A stretch of 64,000 nucleotides of DNA from Trichoplax adhaerens. Its lineage: Eukaryota > Animalia > Placozoa. The DNA is taken from the NCBI RefSeq assembly GCF_000150275.1, contig NW_002060951.1:2428297-2492296 (forward strand). Reading direction: 5' to 3'. Numbering within the stretch: position 1 is the first letter of the stretch; each line of letters starts with the position of its first letter. Position numbers and translations under genes: made by a program. The notes beneath the pieces are model-generated. The model had not been told where the DNA came from and ran no database searches. It worked only from the letters and a program-made list of their open reading frames with translations. This document shows positions 25,539-39,000 of the stretch, piece by piece.

Positions 25539-28500
25539 ATGCAAGAGAAACAATTCAGTTGGTAAGTAGAATCTTTATATCAAAATAGCAATGTTGCAAT
25601 AAAATGTTTTTAATTTCTTATATTTACTTTGGCAAATTGATACCCCTACGCACTATACTACTTTGTAAACTTTGATGCCTTTCCATTTTTGCTTATAGGA
25701 TGCAATATTTTGCGGATACCAGCCTGATCCTACCTTGTATCATCTCAGTCTCCTTGATAGCTTACGGAAGCATGAAGTACGGTATTATAGACTATGCTCA
25801 ATTGCTCATGCAGTAATAGACGTTAAAAAATATATCTCTTTATCAACAACTAATTGTTTATCTGCACATTGAATTATCCTAATTGTATAGCATACAGTGT
25901 ATAGTAATATATCGACCTATACTGTACTAAGCGGCTAACGCTAAGTGTAGAACACTGGTATCTACTAATGATATACATTTGGTATCCGGATAATTCCCCC
26001 ATACACTTGCCCTCCAGATAGTTGTACATAAGTACATTGGTAATTCAACCCATTACATGTTTAATGTCAAAGGGAATGGCTTGAATAACTCTTTCATCAA
26101 GAATTAGCTTTTGTAAAGCTGATTCTGTTCCGCCATATCGCAAACGCGTTTAGTTTTTGGAGGGTAGTTGCCCGGGGGAATTGTCCTTGAACCTGATAAT
26201 CTATCGATTCAATGAATAAAATCTACAGCATTCTAGATTGTAAGGCCACAGCTGATCTACACGACGTCCAATATATCAATTAATAATGTTTTGAATTCAG
26301 TTTAGTTTAATAAATACAATTATAGATATAAAAGTATATTTATTACATACAATCAGAATTATTGATGAATCGCTTACATCAAATCTCAGATTGATGCAAT
26401 GATTTCTGATGGAGGACACTCTTTATCTAGAGATTGAAGCGAAGAAAAATTCTTAATCAGATAATGACACAATATGAACGTTATATCCCCTAAAAGTACA
26501 AATCTAATGAAAGTAGAAAATTTTAACGCTCTATAGCTAGATATGCATTAAATATAACTATGCAATGATCAAGTTTTAAATCATAAGCTTGCTTTTTGGT
26601 GCTAATATTGGAATAAGATCGTTAGTACCTCAGTACACGTAGTCTGATTTACAACCTTAAGCTTTGCTATTAATATTTTACAGATACAAGTACAGTAGTA
26701 TGCTGTACTGCAGTGATACGAGTACATACATAGGACTACCATATCATTAAGTTACGTTAGATAAATTTGATTTAAAATTCATTATATCACAAAGAATGAC
26801 TAACCACACCGAACACAAACAGCAAAATGAATATTTTTCATAAGTTATTCATTCATAATTTGCTGAACGTATGTTAAAGTTACACAATAAGTATAACGCA
26901 CATCAGTAATATACTACATTATCGGTATGATGAAAACATTTGCATAAATTGCCCGTAGACTTACTGTTTGTAACTCTATAGTGCTATTTTGATAGAGCCT
27001 GAAAAATGAATACATCTTAAGGTGTTTGCATATCAAGATAGCACATTACGATTTATGAATAGATATAAAGATAATGTACAAATTTATTTTATATCTTTTC
27101 ACAACCCTGTTGAGAATAAAGATTTTATATCGTAAGAATAATCTATAATCTGGATCCTTTATTTTGAGAACTAACCTGTGTTAAATTACTCGCAAATTAG
27201 ATCTCTAGCTTTCGATATTAGCAATTCAGAAGAAAATAAAGATTATTCTGGTAAGTCTCTTTCCTCTCTGTACTCCAAAAAAAAACGGAATTGAATTTTG
27301 ATATTAAAAACTCGTACTGTATATGGTACAGTAATAGGCAATAAAAGTGATAATAGTTTTATTTATTGATCTAACGAGTCCTCGCATTCAATTTAAAACG
27401 GAGTACAAACATTTTAAAATACTGTAAGTAAGCAATTAAACCATCGTTTGTATGCTCTAGTATAGTAAAAAGTTCGATATAGTGTAGACCACATCACGTT
27501 GTATCATTAAAGAATTAATATTTTCCTTGGAGATTTAGCTATTCTCTGCCTGTATAGGTAGTTCTAAAGCAGCATCAAAAGTACAATATTTATGAATTTT
27601 GCCTAAAAATAGTAACATTAACTTGCATATTCGTACTTACATACATATACGTACATAAAATCTCGTAAATTTTATCTTTTTTACCACCTTTCAATTCGGC
27701 CATGTAGATAAAGTTCAAATTATCGACAGCAGTCAAGCTATTTATCTTCCTATTGGGTCATCTATCTTTTTACTATGCATGTTCTTCTTTTCTAGTTTTT
27801 TCCAATTTATTCTCATCCTTATTACTGCCGGTACGTAATGATTATACCTCTCAATCATTTGTTGCCAATAATCACCTACGTCTCGTGTATATATTTATAT
27901 ATAGAGAGAAATATTATATTACAGTAATTGTCATAATCTTTTAAGTATTTGTAAAAATTTCAGGTATCACAGTCATGGCGTTCGATTTTGTACTTTTTTC
28001 TTTCTGGAAAACTTGCATCCAAAGAATTTTTTGTAAAAGAAATTTGTAAGGGTTGAAGAATTTTGACTCAAAATAAACTCATAGTAATTTGATACTATGA
28101 TTATGCGGATATTACCGTTGATAACTTAAAAAACCTTTCTTCAGCATTGACAACAAATATCACCGGTGTTGCAACTATTCGTGTACCGAAATTTGGTCTC
28201 TGTTCTTCGCAGTTATGATGGTCTTCTTATGGCTGCTTACTGGACACTGGCTAGTAATTGACGGTACGAATAATTAAGTCATGATTTATTTGATCTCACT
28301 TCCGCGTCGCTTTTACTTACCAAAAGCACTGCTCTTAACAATCATATTGTGGCACTTATCTTGCCATAGTGATAGGGATGGTGCTGTGCACCGCGGTCAT
28401 AACGTATGTAAGGTTACCTAATCTTCAAGTATCTACATATCTTCTTTGCGGGTTGTTAATCTACGATGTTTTCTGGGTTAGTAAAAAACTTAGATGAAAG

Positions 28501-30749
28501 AGACTATAGTTATAACATGACAGATCACATGCAGTAATAATAAAATATATTAATTTTAACACTGTTAATATTTTACATAGGTCTATTTCTCTGAAAGAAT
28601 CTTTAGATCTAATGTTATGATTGACGTAGCAATGAGCACAGCAAGAAATCCGGTATAATTTATCTTATAAACTCTGTAATTTCTCTCTAAATCATCGATT
28701 CTCCTGAGTAATTAAAGTTATAAAAATCTGCAATATTTTATTATCACTTTATAATATTTAACAATATTTGTGAAGATTAATGTAGCCGCTGAAAAGATCA
28801 ATATAGCCAATTCTGCAAGTTCTTTATTGCGATATCTTCCTCAGCATATTCAGCTGCCCGGCAAATTGATTTTTCCAAGGTCAAAATTATACTTCGCGAA
28901 TCACTTTGATATCACATTTTCACTTCTTTATCAATTTTGTAACTTCTTACGAATATCTCCATTTCGATTTATTTCAGCTTTCATCACAGAGGTTATTATG
29001 TAGTACTTGGCTTGGGAGATATTGTAAATAACGATTAATTCGTAGTGAAATTTACTAAAATTTAACTGAATTAATGTAGTACTACGGGATACACTTTAGG
29101 TTATTCCGGGATTGTTAACAAGCTTCGCTCTAAGATTTGACAATTTCAAAAGTAAACAAAGTGACTTATTAAACAAGTCCCGCCTTATGACTGTAAATTA
29201 CTTCCGTTGTTGCCTTATTGGTTATGCATTCGGTGAGGAAATGGAATACATTACGCTATGAAGCTATTTTTCATTTCAATGCGGCATACGAGAAACTGAA
29301 ATACTTACTGCTTTCATAGGACTATTCCTAGCTGGTGTATTTGCCACCATATTGAATGCTCCTCAACCGGCATTGTTATTTTTAGTTCCTTCAACATTGC
29401 TGCCTCTGTGGTTGCTGGCATACAAGAAGGTAAAGATTTGATTTTAATCGCTAATAATATAAACTCTTGTATATATGGTAGTTGTTATTATATACTCGTA
29501 TTTTAATATCTGTAGCTCGTATAGCTTAATTAAGGTATTTCCTGTAATACTCAATTGGTAACAACTTATTAAATGACCATAGCTTCAATTCGATAAACTG
29601 TATTTCGTTACAATGTGAGTTGAATAATATTCTTTACTGGAATTATTACGAAAATTTATACCGCTTCATTGTCTATCTCGATTCAGATGGTGTTATAACC
29701 CTACGATTATAATAATTAAGACACACGGTAGATGTAGACATGAGTCACGGGACACATAAAATAGCCATCGTTTTTTTAATTAATAAAGCCAGTAGGAGTA
29801 GTATTAGTCAGCTTTTACATAGTTTCATATATCTACACTACTTTTGATTACTTGTATAAATTCTTCCTGCTATACTGCACTAGTTAAAGAGCAGTACGAA
29901 CCGTCCATATGGTTGCCACAGTAGTATTAGCCAAAGGTCGTGATACATAACAGCCTGATACTATACTATGCTATGCAAAGAATTAGATTATACTAGTTTA
30001 TACTGACGATTTCAATAAATTGAACTTAATCTCTTTACTTAGTCATTTATAATACTCATGTTGCAGCCTTAAAATATATGCAATGAAACGTAGCAAATTA
30101 GCAACGATAGAATTAAATTATGTAGTTAGCAGTTGTGGGAAATTATCACAATATACTGAATGGTGAGCGTGTCATGAATAAGCCATTGGACCAATGTATT
30201 AGATACTAGCATTTCTCTCATAGTAGTCTCTAGTGCTCGTATGTCGAAATAACACTTCTCTGTGGTATCTAGTGCACGGTCTAACCTTTTCCCAGAGTTA
30301 CAAGACAATGTTATTCTACTATTAGTTCTTTATATCTACGGTATAATGCAATATACAGCATTACCTAAATATTAGATCTAGTTAGACAGTTCAGACTGCT
30401 CTGAGTTATGATTTAAAGAAGATTCCGTTGACTTCTTTCAGAGTCTACCCCGAATTTAAAAGTAAAGTAAATCACATCTTAAGATATATTCCGCACGCAA
30501 TAGCTAGTCAATATTTTGGTAATCAGATGTTACTAATTTAGTCATCTCCCTTAACTAATCTCACTCACATGGACGTATTCATGTAAACCATTGCCTATTA
30601 TATCTATAATAATTATTTGAGTTAGTTCATTCTAATTACTGCGACAGATTTAAAACATTTTTCTATTTTATTTACAGAATGATATAGGGTATATGTGGTC
30701 CGGGTCTTTTAACGAAATTAAAATTAAGCGGGAAGTTAATATTATATAA
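25539..30749 (+). CDS. SPPL3: Signal peptide peptidase-like 3 (GxGD intramembrane aspartyl protease)
   Basis: 23-nt first coding exon MQEKQFSW (25539-25561, compare human MAEQTYSW); [16 protein letters not shown]; WLLTGHWL; catalytic LLIYDVFW and LGLGDIVIPG; QPALLFLVP; last exon 30678-30749 NDIGYMWSG...*. 13 phase-compatible exons. Confidence 0.94.
25981..26193. mobile_element. MITE-like element with degenerate ~40-bp terminal inverted repeats, in SPPL3 intron 2
   Basis: Left end GGTATCCGGATAATTCCCCCATACACTTGCCCTCCAGATA versus reverse complement of right end GGTTCAAGGACAATTCCCCCGGGCAACTACCCTCCAAAAA: 27/40 identical without gaps. No clear TSD. Confidence 0.6.
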
Positions 30750-32650
30750 CAAATTGTCGAGCAATAAATATTGCTTACATTGCGATATAGGGTTAATTCT
30801 AATTGCTTAAAAATTTTCTCTGATAGAATACTATAGTGCTATTATGATTATCAAAAATTCTCATAAATTTTATTTCTCGGAAGCAGTAATTATAATCATT
30901 CTTTTTAAAATAGTATTTACTTAAGCTTACTGAGCTAGCCATCAAGCTAAATATTACGAAAGTTATAACCGACATGGTAACATTAATACGATCTTATGGG
31001 CATATTTTTAAAGTTACGTATAGCTATACAGTTTCCAATCTATTTTATTCAATCAAGAATCCTAGAACTATACGTGAAAATGGATATGCTACTAATAGTA
31101 AACGAACATCCTACTTACATCTATATTCGCATAATAGTAAAATTAGTTATTTAATAATCACTCGTAAGACATTGTAACCTACAAACTGAAAAAGGGGATA
31201 TATCGCCAATTAAATGTAGAGGCACTTCTAATCTGCTTAAGTCTCAGCATTCAATGTCTTATATTATTTACAAGAAAATGTATCGTCTGCTGATAATTAT
31301 AATATACTTAGTCTTTGATAAGTTCTATACCGATAATAAAGATGTGCAATTACTTGCATGATTATTAATAAGTTTCAATGACTTGCGGAGTTTGAGGTCT
31401 TGGAAAGCGCCTAAACCAAATATCCTTCGCTTTTACGATACTCTACAAAATCTGAAGATAAACCCTTGCATATTTTTCAACCAAACATTGGAAATGTTAA
31501 ATAAGGATTCTCGAAAATTGAATTATATCATGATATAAATCCCGTTAGAATATCTATAAATCTATCATTACAATTTGATTTATTTATTTAAAGCTCACAT
31601 CTTCTATAATTATAGTGGGTCGGTTATTTACAAATTTTATTATATAAACGGATGCGTTTTTAACTTCTACAGTTCTTTCTAAATCTTTCGTTGTAAGCAA
31701 TAAAGTCATGTAAGATTATTTAAATAAAATTGAATTAAAAGGTAACATAGAATTAATATCATATATCTTCATGACATTATCTTCCTATCTTGTACATCCT
31801 GGACTACCGCATTAAATTTCAATAAAACACATTAAAATTTGTAACTGTGATTACAAAGAATTAAGTTAAACGTCCCAATGTGTATTTTAAACTGTTTAAT
31901 AAATTATTCTAATACCCTGATACCCAATATTGAATAACTCTATCATTAAGACACTTATTAATTATGCTTCCATAGTTGCATATTAATTTTTGTAAAGCAA
32001 CTTTAAGGCGTTTTAAATTAGGCCTACTTACGACCGTACCGACCTATACAGTACAATAAAAATTTAAAAGAACAAAATATATGGTAGTAAACTAGAGATT
32101 TATCATCATTGCTATGGATAGATCTTTAATAATATCAAATAGATATAATTACGCTTTCTGATAAAATAAATTGTAGGTAAAAACTATCAAAATAAAGAAA
32201 TAATGTAAGCTTCCTCATTTAAAAGCCATATCACTTCAACGTGCTGCATTTAATTAGAAATTGAAAAGTGATAATAGCAAATGTATCCTTTATCGTTTCG
32301 TGCTTCCTTCCAAGATTATTTCAAATCCCATTGAATTACGTATTATTATTCTGTATAGGGAAAAAATAATCGCTTTGAATGATTTCATAATGGCATTTAT
32401 TGATACAGGCTTGTTAACATAACAATAGCTACTTGTTTACACTCTTTTATTAAATTTGATTTATTTCTTTATCATTTTAATGTTATTGAGTTATCGCTAT
32501 CCTGATAAAATGTAATGCAGTTGCGTCAATCAGTTCATTTTGACCGTAAAGAATTTGAAAAGAAAAGAGTACTACGGAGCGATAGAAGAAGGAAGAAATA
32601 TTTCTGTAAAGATAGTTACTTGTTGATCATGAATAAAATTTAAGGAAAGT

Positions 32651-33229
32651 ATGGCAAAAGAATTATTTCGTTGTCTATGGTGTTTGCTTCCAGATACATT
32701 TAAGGAAAAAGTTCAAAAATCAAGTAGAAAGGATGCATCGAGGGAAGTTCTATACTTAGGTAAGAGAGATGTTGAATCAGAATTTGGTGCCGATACAACT
32801 AAAGAAGCAATATCATCTCTGTGGTCGGATGGCAAACCAAATTTAAAAGAATTGCGAATATCATTTACTTGGTTGGGGCTACATATGGAAGATCTTGAAA
32901 CAAATCGTGTACGCGTATATCCAATTGAAAGAATTTCATATGCCATCGTTGATAGTGTTTTCGATCGCGTATTAAGTGTTATTATCAAGACAAATGATTT
33001 GTTAGAATGTTACTGTTTTTTATTCTCTAAGCCATCTGAAGCCAAGGGCATGCTACGCAATTTCGAAAAGTCATTAACCGATGCTGCAAATTTGTATCTT
33101 TCAAAAGCATTCGAAAATGATGGTAAACTAGGCTTTGAAAATTTGGCTTACGATGATCAGACAGTTAATTATAATAACTTTTCTTCTAGTGCTTCGTACG
33201 ATAGTCGATCGCGTGCGAATACGAATTGA
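32651..33229 (+). CDS. Intronless PTB/PID-domain adaptor (FAM43/LDLRAP1-like)
   Basis: 192-aa ORF with PTB-fold signature: VLYLG...TKEAISSLW...LRISFTWLGLHM...YPIERISYAIVD...DRVLSVI...LECYCFLFSKPSEAKGM. Family assignment below PTB level is tentative. Confidence 0.8.
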   Translation: MAKELFRCLWCLLPDTFKEKVQKSSRKDASREVLYLGKRDVESEFGADTTKEAISSLWSDGKPNLKELRISFTWLGLHMEDLETNRVRVYPIERISYAIVDSVFDRVLSVIIKTNDLLECYCFLFSKPSEAKGMLRNFEKSLTDAANLYLSKAFENDGKLGFENLAYDDQTVNYNNFSSSASYDSRSRANTN

Positions 33230-35743
33230 AAAATTCTGTGCAAACACCATAATATTCAATTAATAACACTAGAAATAGTGATTCATCAACTATTTTTGTT
33301 TGAGTAACGTAGCCTAATACGATTTTCGATAAAATCACAGATTCTGATTCGTCATGATCGATTGAAATCGATTATATCCGAAAAGACATAACATTGATAT
33401 ACTTAATATACGATATGGTTTTACTTTTGATTCAATTAAGATATCTTTAATCTAACTTTTTTATGATGTCTTATCTGAAAAGATCTACGTTAAATTAAAT
33501 AACTATGTAATGTACCGTATATGCACTCCAGTAATTTCTATGATTATATATCTCTATATATTTATTGTACATAATTGAGATCTTAAATCAAGTATTAGGT
33601 AATTAAAATAGGAAACCCTCTACAATCATTATTTAACTGCGGTTATTTAGGAATCATACTATTCTATTTAAAATATAATCTGTAACTTAAAATCTATCCT
33701 ATTGCTTCCGTCTTAGCAACTGCTGCTTGCATCGCACCTACTTGTTACATTTGTTTCGTATTTTTATAGATCTGGTGCTTTTATTTTCATCAAATATAAT
33801 GTCATACGTGTATTAATCGGTGATATTTCACTAACACCTTCAGCGCTTAAAAAAACTATTTCAATGCGATGTATATCTGTAGTACCAGTACTATGCGCTA
33901 TACACTGAACATAGAAATGTTCTGGCCATTCCAGTGCATATTAATAATTAATTTAGGAACATTTATTTATTTTGTATACTTTTGAAGTCATAGATAATGA
34001 ATAAAATCTACAGCTACAGCCGAAATACTAGACCATTCTCATATTTACTCGCTTTAAATGAAATCATTAAAGTACGATTGTGTTCGTATATAGTAAATAT
34101 TGCCGGTAGGGGAAATTCTTATGCATGATACTTAAAGAATTGAAGATAGTAGGATTATAGAACTAATAACAATCCTATATTGCAAAATATCGTTAATTTT
34201 TAATTTCGCTGTTTTTATAACTACCTCAATTTCATTTACCATAATTTAAAATTTATCTATCATTGCCATTGGGAAACCGCAGATGTTGCTCACTTGTTAC
34301 TTATAATTAATTATTAATAATTAGCAAAGATGACTCTGTCTATATTCGGAGATAGGCACTGTTATTTCTGAAATATACTTTATTCTTTTCAGTAATACCA
34401 ATACATTGAATTACTGATGAATGTGGTTTTATTGTATGCTTAGAACATGCCTAAAGCTCATTAAAAATATATCTACGTTATCTCGTTATTTTTGCATATT
34501 CTGAATTACTACTGTAGGGGTTTATAATCATTACAAACGGTTGTGTAATATTTCGTGTCATCTTATAAATTTATCTATACTTTATGATGAGATAAAAAAT
34601 TTAATTATGAAAATGACAACAACAGAAATCATATTTACTAGTCTATTTGATTAAAACCAATAAAGAAAAGTTATAACAATTGCTAATACGCGTATGTCCC
34701 TGTTAGCCTTCATACTTTACCAGTGAATAACAAATTAAAAGTAATCTATGGTAAAATTTATTTTTAATACGTAAAGCTGCTATAACCTAGCCAGGTTCAT
34801 GTTAACACGAACTATTTAATATATTATCCGCGAGTTTACTTGATCGATAGAATCATTGTATATAATTTTAATTATCAATTTTAGGTCCTTTACTTTCCAT
34901 AACTTATTTTTATATGCATATAACTTGAAAAATCCTTTTAATTTAGTTCTTTTTTCTGAACTGATATCATAGCATGCCTGGATAAACAACATTTAATCGA
35001 AATAACTACTACAGTTCCTATTGCAGTCTTTCAGTTAACCTAATAAATGCAAGTATTGCTTAAATAAACAAGTGATCTGATAATGTGAAGATCAACACTC
35101 GCACAGTATGTACATCTTTTATCCTAGTGGATCAAGGAGCTCATGAGAAATAACTATTCCAAATATTATAATTGAGAAAAGCGGATTATATGCACGTATA
35201 CGTTATCAAATCTTACCAACACACAAATAGTGAATCATTTGAAGTAAATTTTGTACTTTACTTCATAATACTGCCGTACTTAAAATGAGTAACTGTTAAC
35301 CGAATGTCCTTGTAAAACCGATTTTACGTTGTTTTAAAGTACTTTAGACTTTCAAACTGAGTCTTACAGACGATAGTCTGGCATCAAATCATCTCTAAGC
35401 TTGATTATAGTCTCTTACTCAGTTGATTTTGGATAATTGCCCTAGTACAGACACTGCGATAATAAGTTAACAAATATGCCTCGCTGTAAGGTTCACTGGA
35501 CTACAGTGGAGGGATTTCTCCTAGTAGCAGTCCATGACGAGGCGTACGCCATGATATACTGTACACGTACAGTTAAGAAGGATTCCGTACACATAGTGTA
35601 TAGCATTCGTAGTGTATAATTAGTATCGTACAAGGAGTGGTACTCAAGCGGGAGATTCTCGAAGCACGACATTGCATGCAAGTTGTAGGTATCCAAGAAA
35701 CCAAACAGATGACGTTATCGCGCGCAGTCGCAATGATGAATTA

Positions 35744-35757
35744 GTTACCATGGCAAC
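35744..35757. promoter_or_regulatory. RFX X-box upstream of DNAH10
   Basis: GTTACCATGGCAAC, a near-palindromic match to the X-box consensus, ~340 bp upstream of the ATG of a motile-cilium gene. A weaker site GTATCCAAGAAAC lies at 35689-35701. Confidence 0.85.
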
Positions 35758-36094
35758 GACTCTCCGTCGCTTAATTAACGAAGCAACCAACAGGAACTAT
35801 AGTAAATAGTACCTTCGAACTGGTTATCCTACGTAATGAGTAATAATATATAGAGATTTAAAGTTTCTGCAAGTAATAATTTCCACTGCTAATAACGTTA
35901 GATTAAACTCGATGACATGAAATAGCAGCAGTAATCCAGAGTTGCTGGTACTATCAACTAATTTTATACAAGTATTGTTCTGTTTCATCAAATAGTTTTA
36001 CATCAGTACAGTACAGTACTGTACCTTAAAGAATTTTTCTTTATAAACCATTACCCTAAAATTTAAAGTAAATCAGTCCAGAAATCTTTTCATA

Positions 36095-39000
36095 ATGGAT
36101 GACGTTAGAATAGAATGGATGAAGAATAAGGTATACCTTGGTCTGGGGATTGACGATCCATTGGTATTTGAAGACTTATTAACTCGAGATGATAGTCAAA
36201 AGGAAGATGAGATCAAAAGTTTTCTTAATGTTACCCCCAACGAAAATACATCTGCTTTGATATTTTATACGATAACTCGTGTAGAGGAAATTGAAGTCGA
36301 AGTTGAAATTGGTAACCAAGCGTAGCAAATAAATCGAAAAGTTGTTTATTTTATTAGTTTTAGGGCTTGCTCTTTTTCGATAAACGTATAATAATAAGTA
36401 AATGGCTCTGCATCATAATAATTACAACCTTTGCGCAGTAGTCCAACATAATCAGAATTGCTGAGTAGAAAGTATGCAACATTTTGCAGAATTTAAAAAA
36501 AGTAAGAGCGCTAACAAATGCTTCTATTTATTCTAGAACCAGAGATTGTTGAAGCGCCAAACGACGACGAAAAGCTATTAGCTGAAGCCACAGTCGATGA
36601 ACCTACCTTAGAACAGCCTGTGGAACCGGAAGCTTCACCGAAACGAGAACCTGGCTCACCCAAAAAAGGTAAAGTTAAATAGATACTGAACTACTGATAT
36701 ATCATTATCTCATAAGTACATATAATTGACATTAAGTAATGCAGTATCAACAATTTTATGACTGTAATCATAATTGTACGAACATTCGCAACATTTAAAT
36801 TATGGAATTCAGAACACAAAAAGGGGGATAAGAAAAAGACTAAAAAAAGCAAAAAAGACAAGGATAAAAAGGATAAACAAAAAGATAAAGAGAAAGAAGC
36901 TGCAGCAAATGCTGCTGAAGAAGAGGCAAGAAAAGCAGCTGAAGAGGAACGAAAGCGATTAGAGGAATTAGCAGCACAAGAAGCGAGCTTGCAAGAAGAA
37001 GCTGAAAAACAGATTGTGGAAACGGTATGTATCAATGAAATAATCTTTACCATATACATATATAAAATGTATCGCTAATGCCTTTACTTACACACTGAAT
37101 TCATTAAGTAAATTCCGAATCTAAGAAATAGAATTGTTTAGCATCCAATTCTGCTGTACCTATTATAATTTTTATCAATGTTGCTTTTTATAAAGAAAAT
37201 AATTATTCAAAAAGTTCAGAGGAAAGTGTTATACACATGTCGAAAACAGCTACCTCCAGAACTAATAAATGTCGATTGCTTCTACTTTTTACGCTATGGT
37301 CATGATTCTGTGGTTGTTCCGAGCGATTTAAATGAAGCTAATGCATTGTTACCAGCTTATTTCGAATATGGCCGCATGACAAGCAATGTCTTATTGATGT
37401 TAGAACAAGTTTTACGGCATATATATATGCCATTGCTATCTTGTAATGGACAACAAAACAAAGTCTACATGACTCAGAACGCCAATGGTAATGATGACGT
37501 GTCGCTAGCTCAAAATCAACCACAAAACGATCAAGCAGAGAATTTTCAGCTTAAGCAAATCCATCAACGAGCGGTTCTGCGAGATGAATTTCTAATCAAT
37601 ATGGAGAAGTTTACTTCACACGTCAATCACACTATTCAGCAATTGGAAAGCGAAATTCGCTTAGATATTCCAGATATTCCGCTCAGTAACGATGTCCAAA
37701 CTACTATTAAAGATAAAGATATGCTAAATAAATTAGAAGGGACACTCGATTCATGGGAGAAAGCAATCTCAACTATAATCGAAAACGAGCTCAAAAAGGT
37801 ACCAAGAGGCTCTGGTCCGTTGGCTGAAATCGACTTTTGGCGTCAGCGCAATTCGACATTAAGCGCTTTATCTGAGCAGCTACAATTGCCTTATGTTAAA
37901 AAAGTTATTGAAATTTTAACTGAAGCTAACAGTCATGCTTTATCAAGCTTTGAATATAATCGCTCAGAGATGATTAAATATTACACTGAAGCAAAAGATA
38001 ATGTACGATTTTTGTCTACATTAGAAAGACATTTCAAGAATCTTACGCATGGATCAGGTTTTAGTGTCGTGATCGATACAATACCATCAATGATGAATGC
38101 ATTACGCATGGTGTGGATTATATCTCGCCATTACAATCGAGATGAACGAATGATACCATTGATGGAGAGAATTGCGTGGGAACTTGCAGAGAGAGCATCT
38201 CGCGTTATTAATGTGAAAACGATATTAAGGTAAAGAACGTAAAATTTTTTAACAGGCTGAAGTGCTGTACTGTATTGAATATATATTATTTACACATTAG
38301 CTTACGGTAGTACCGTAACCATTAACTATATCACGATTTAAGCGTGCATAGCACTTTAGAAGAAGTGAAAAGATGTACTATGAAATGCTTAGGCTTCAAT
38401 ACACCCTAAATGTAGAATGATGAGCATGTTTTATTTTTATTAGCACTACAGGGTTCACAGACGATTAGCAATCTCTAAGTTTCTAACTTTATGTTTATCA
38501 ATTATTTGACAAAATATAACAGAGAAAGTCCAGGACAAGTTAAAATCAAAACTGTTGAGGCAAAAAAGATGTTAGAAATGTGGAAGGACACTTATTTTGA
38601 AGTTCGAGCCAAGATTGAAGCTTCTGGACGTGATTCTCGATGGGAGTTTGATAGAAAACGACTTTTTGAGAAGACAGATTATATGGCGAGTATATGTCGA
38701 AGCCTATACGATGTGGCACAGGTACGAATGCAATAGAAACCCTTTAATGTAATTCTATGCTATAGAGCAGAGTAATCTGATAAGTAGCGATCCATTTTGT
38801 TGGATTATTTCTAAATTAGATAATTACATTTCAATATATTGAAATAATCAAGAGTAAATTATCTTAGGTTCTTGAAGAATTTAAGAATATCTTTGGGCCA
38901 GAACTGAAAGCAGTTACTGGTGATCCTAAGCGAATCGATGACGTCCTTAAGCGCGTTAACGGCTTAATAACACCTATCGAACAAGTTCAGTTTGATCCAT

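Noticed and set aside
30126-30308. 60-aa minus ORF with RALDTT/RALETT repeat in the last SPPL3 intron
   Set aside because: Non-ATG start, short, no recognisable domain; explained by a small local duplication.
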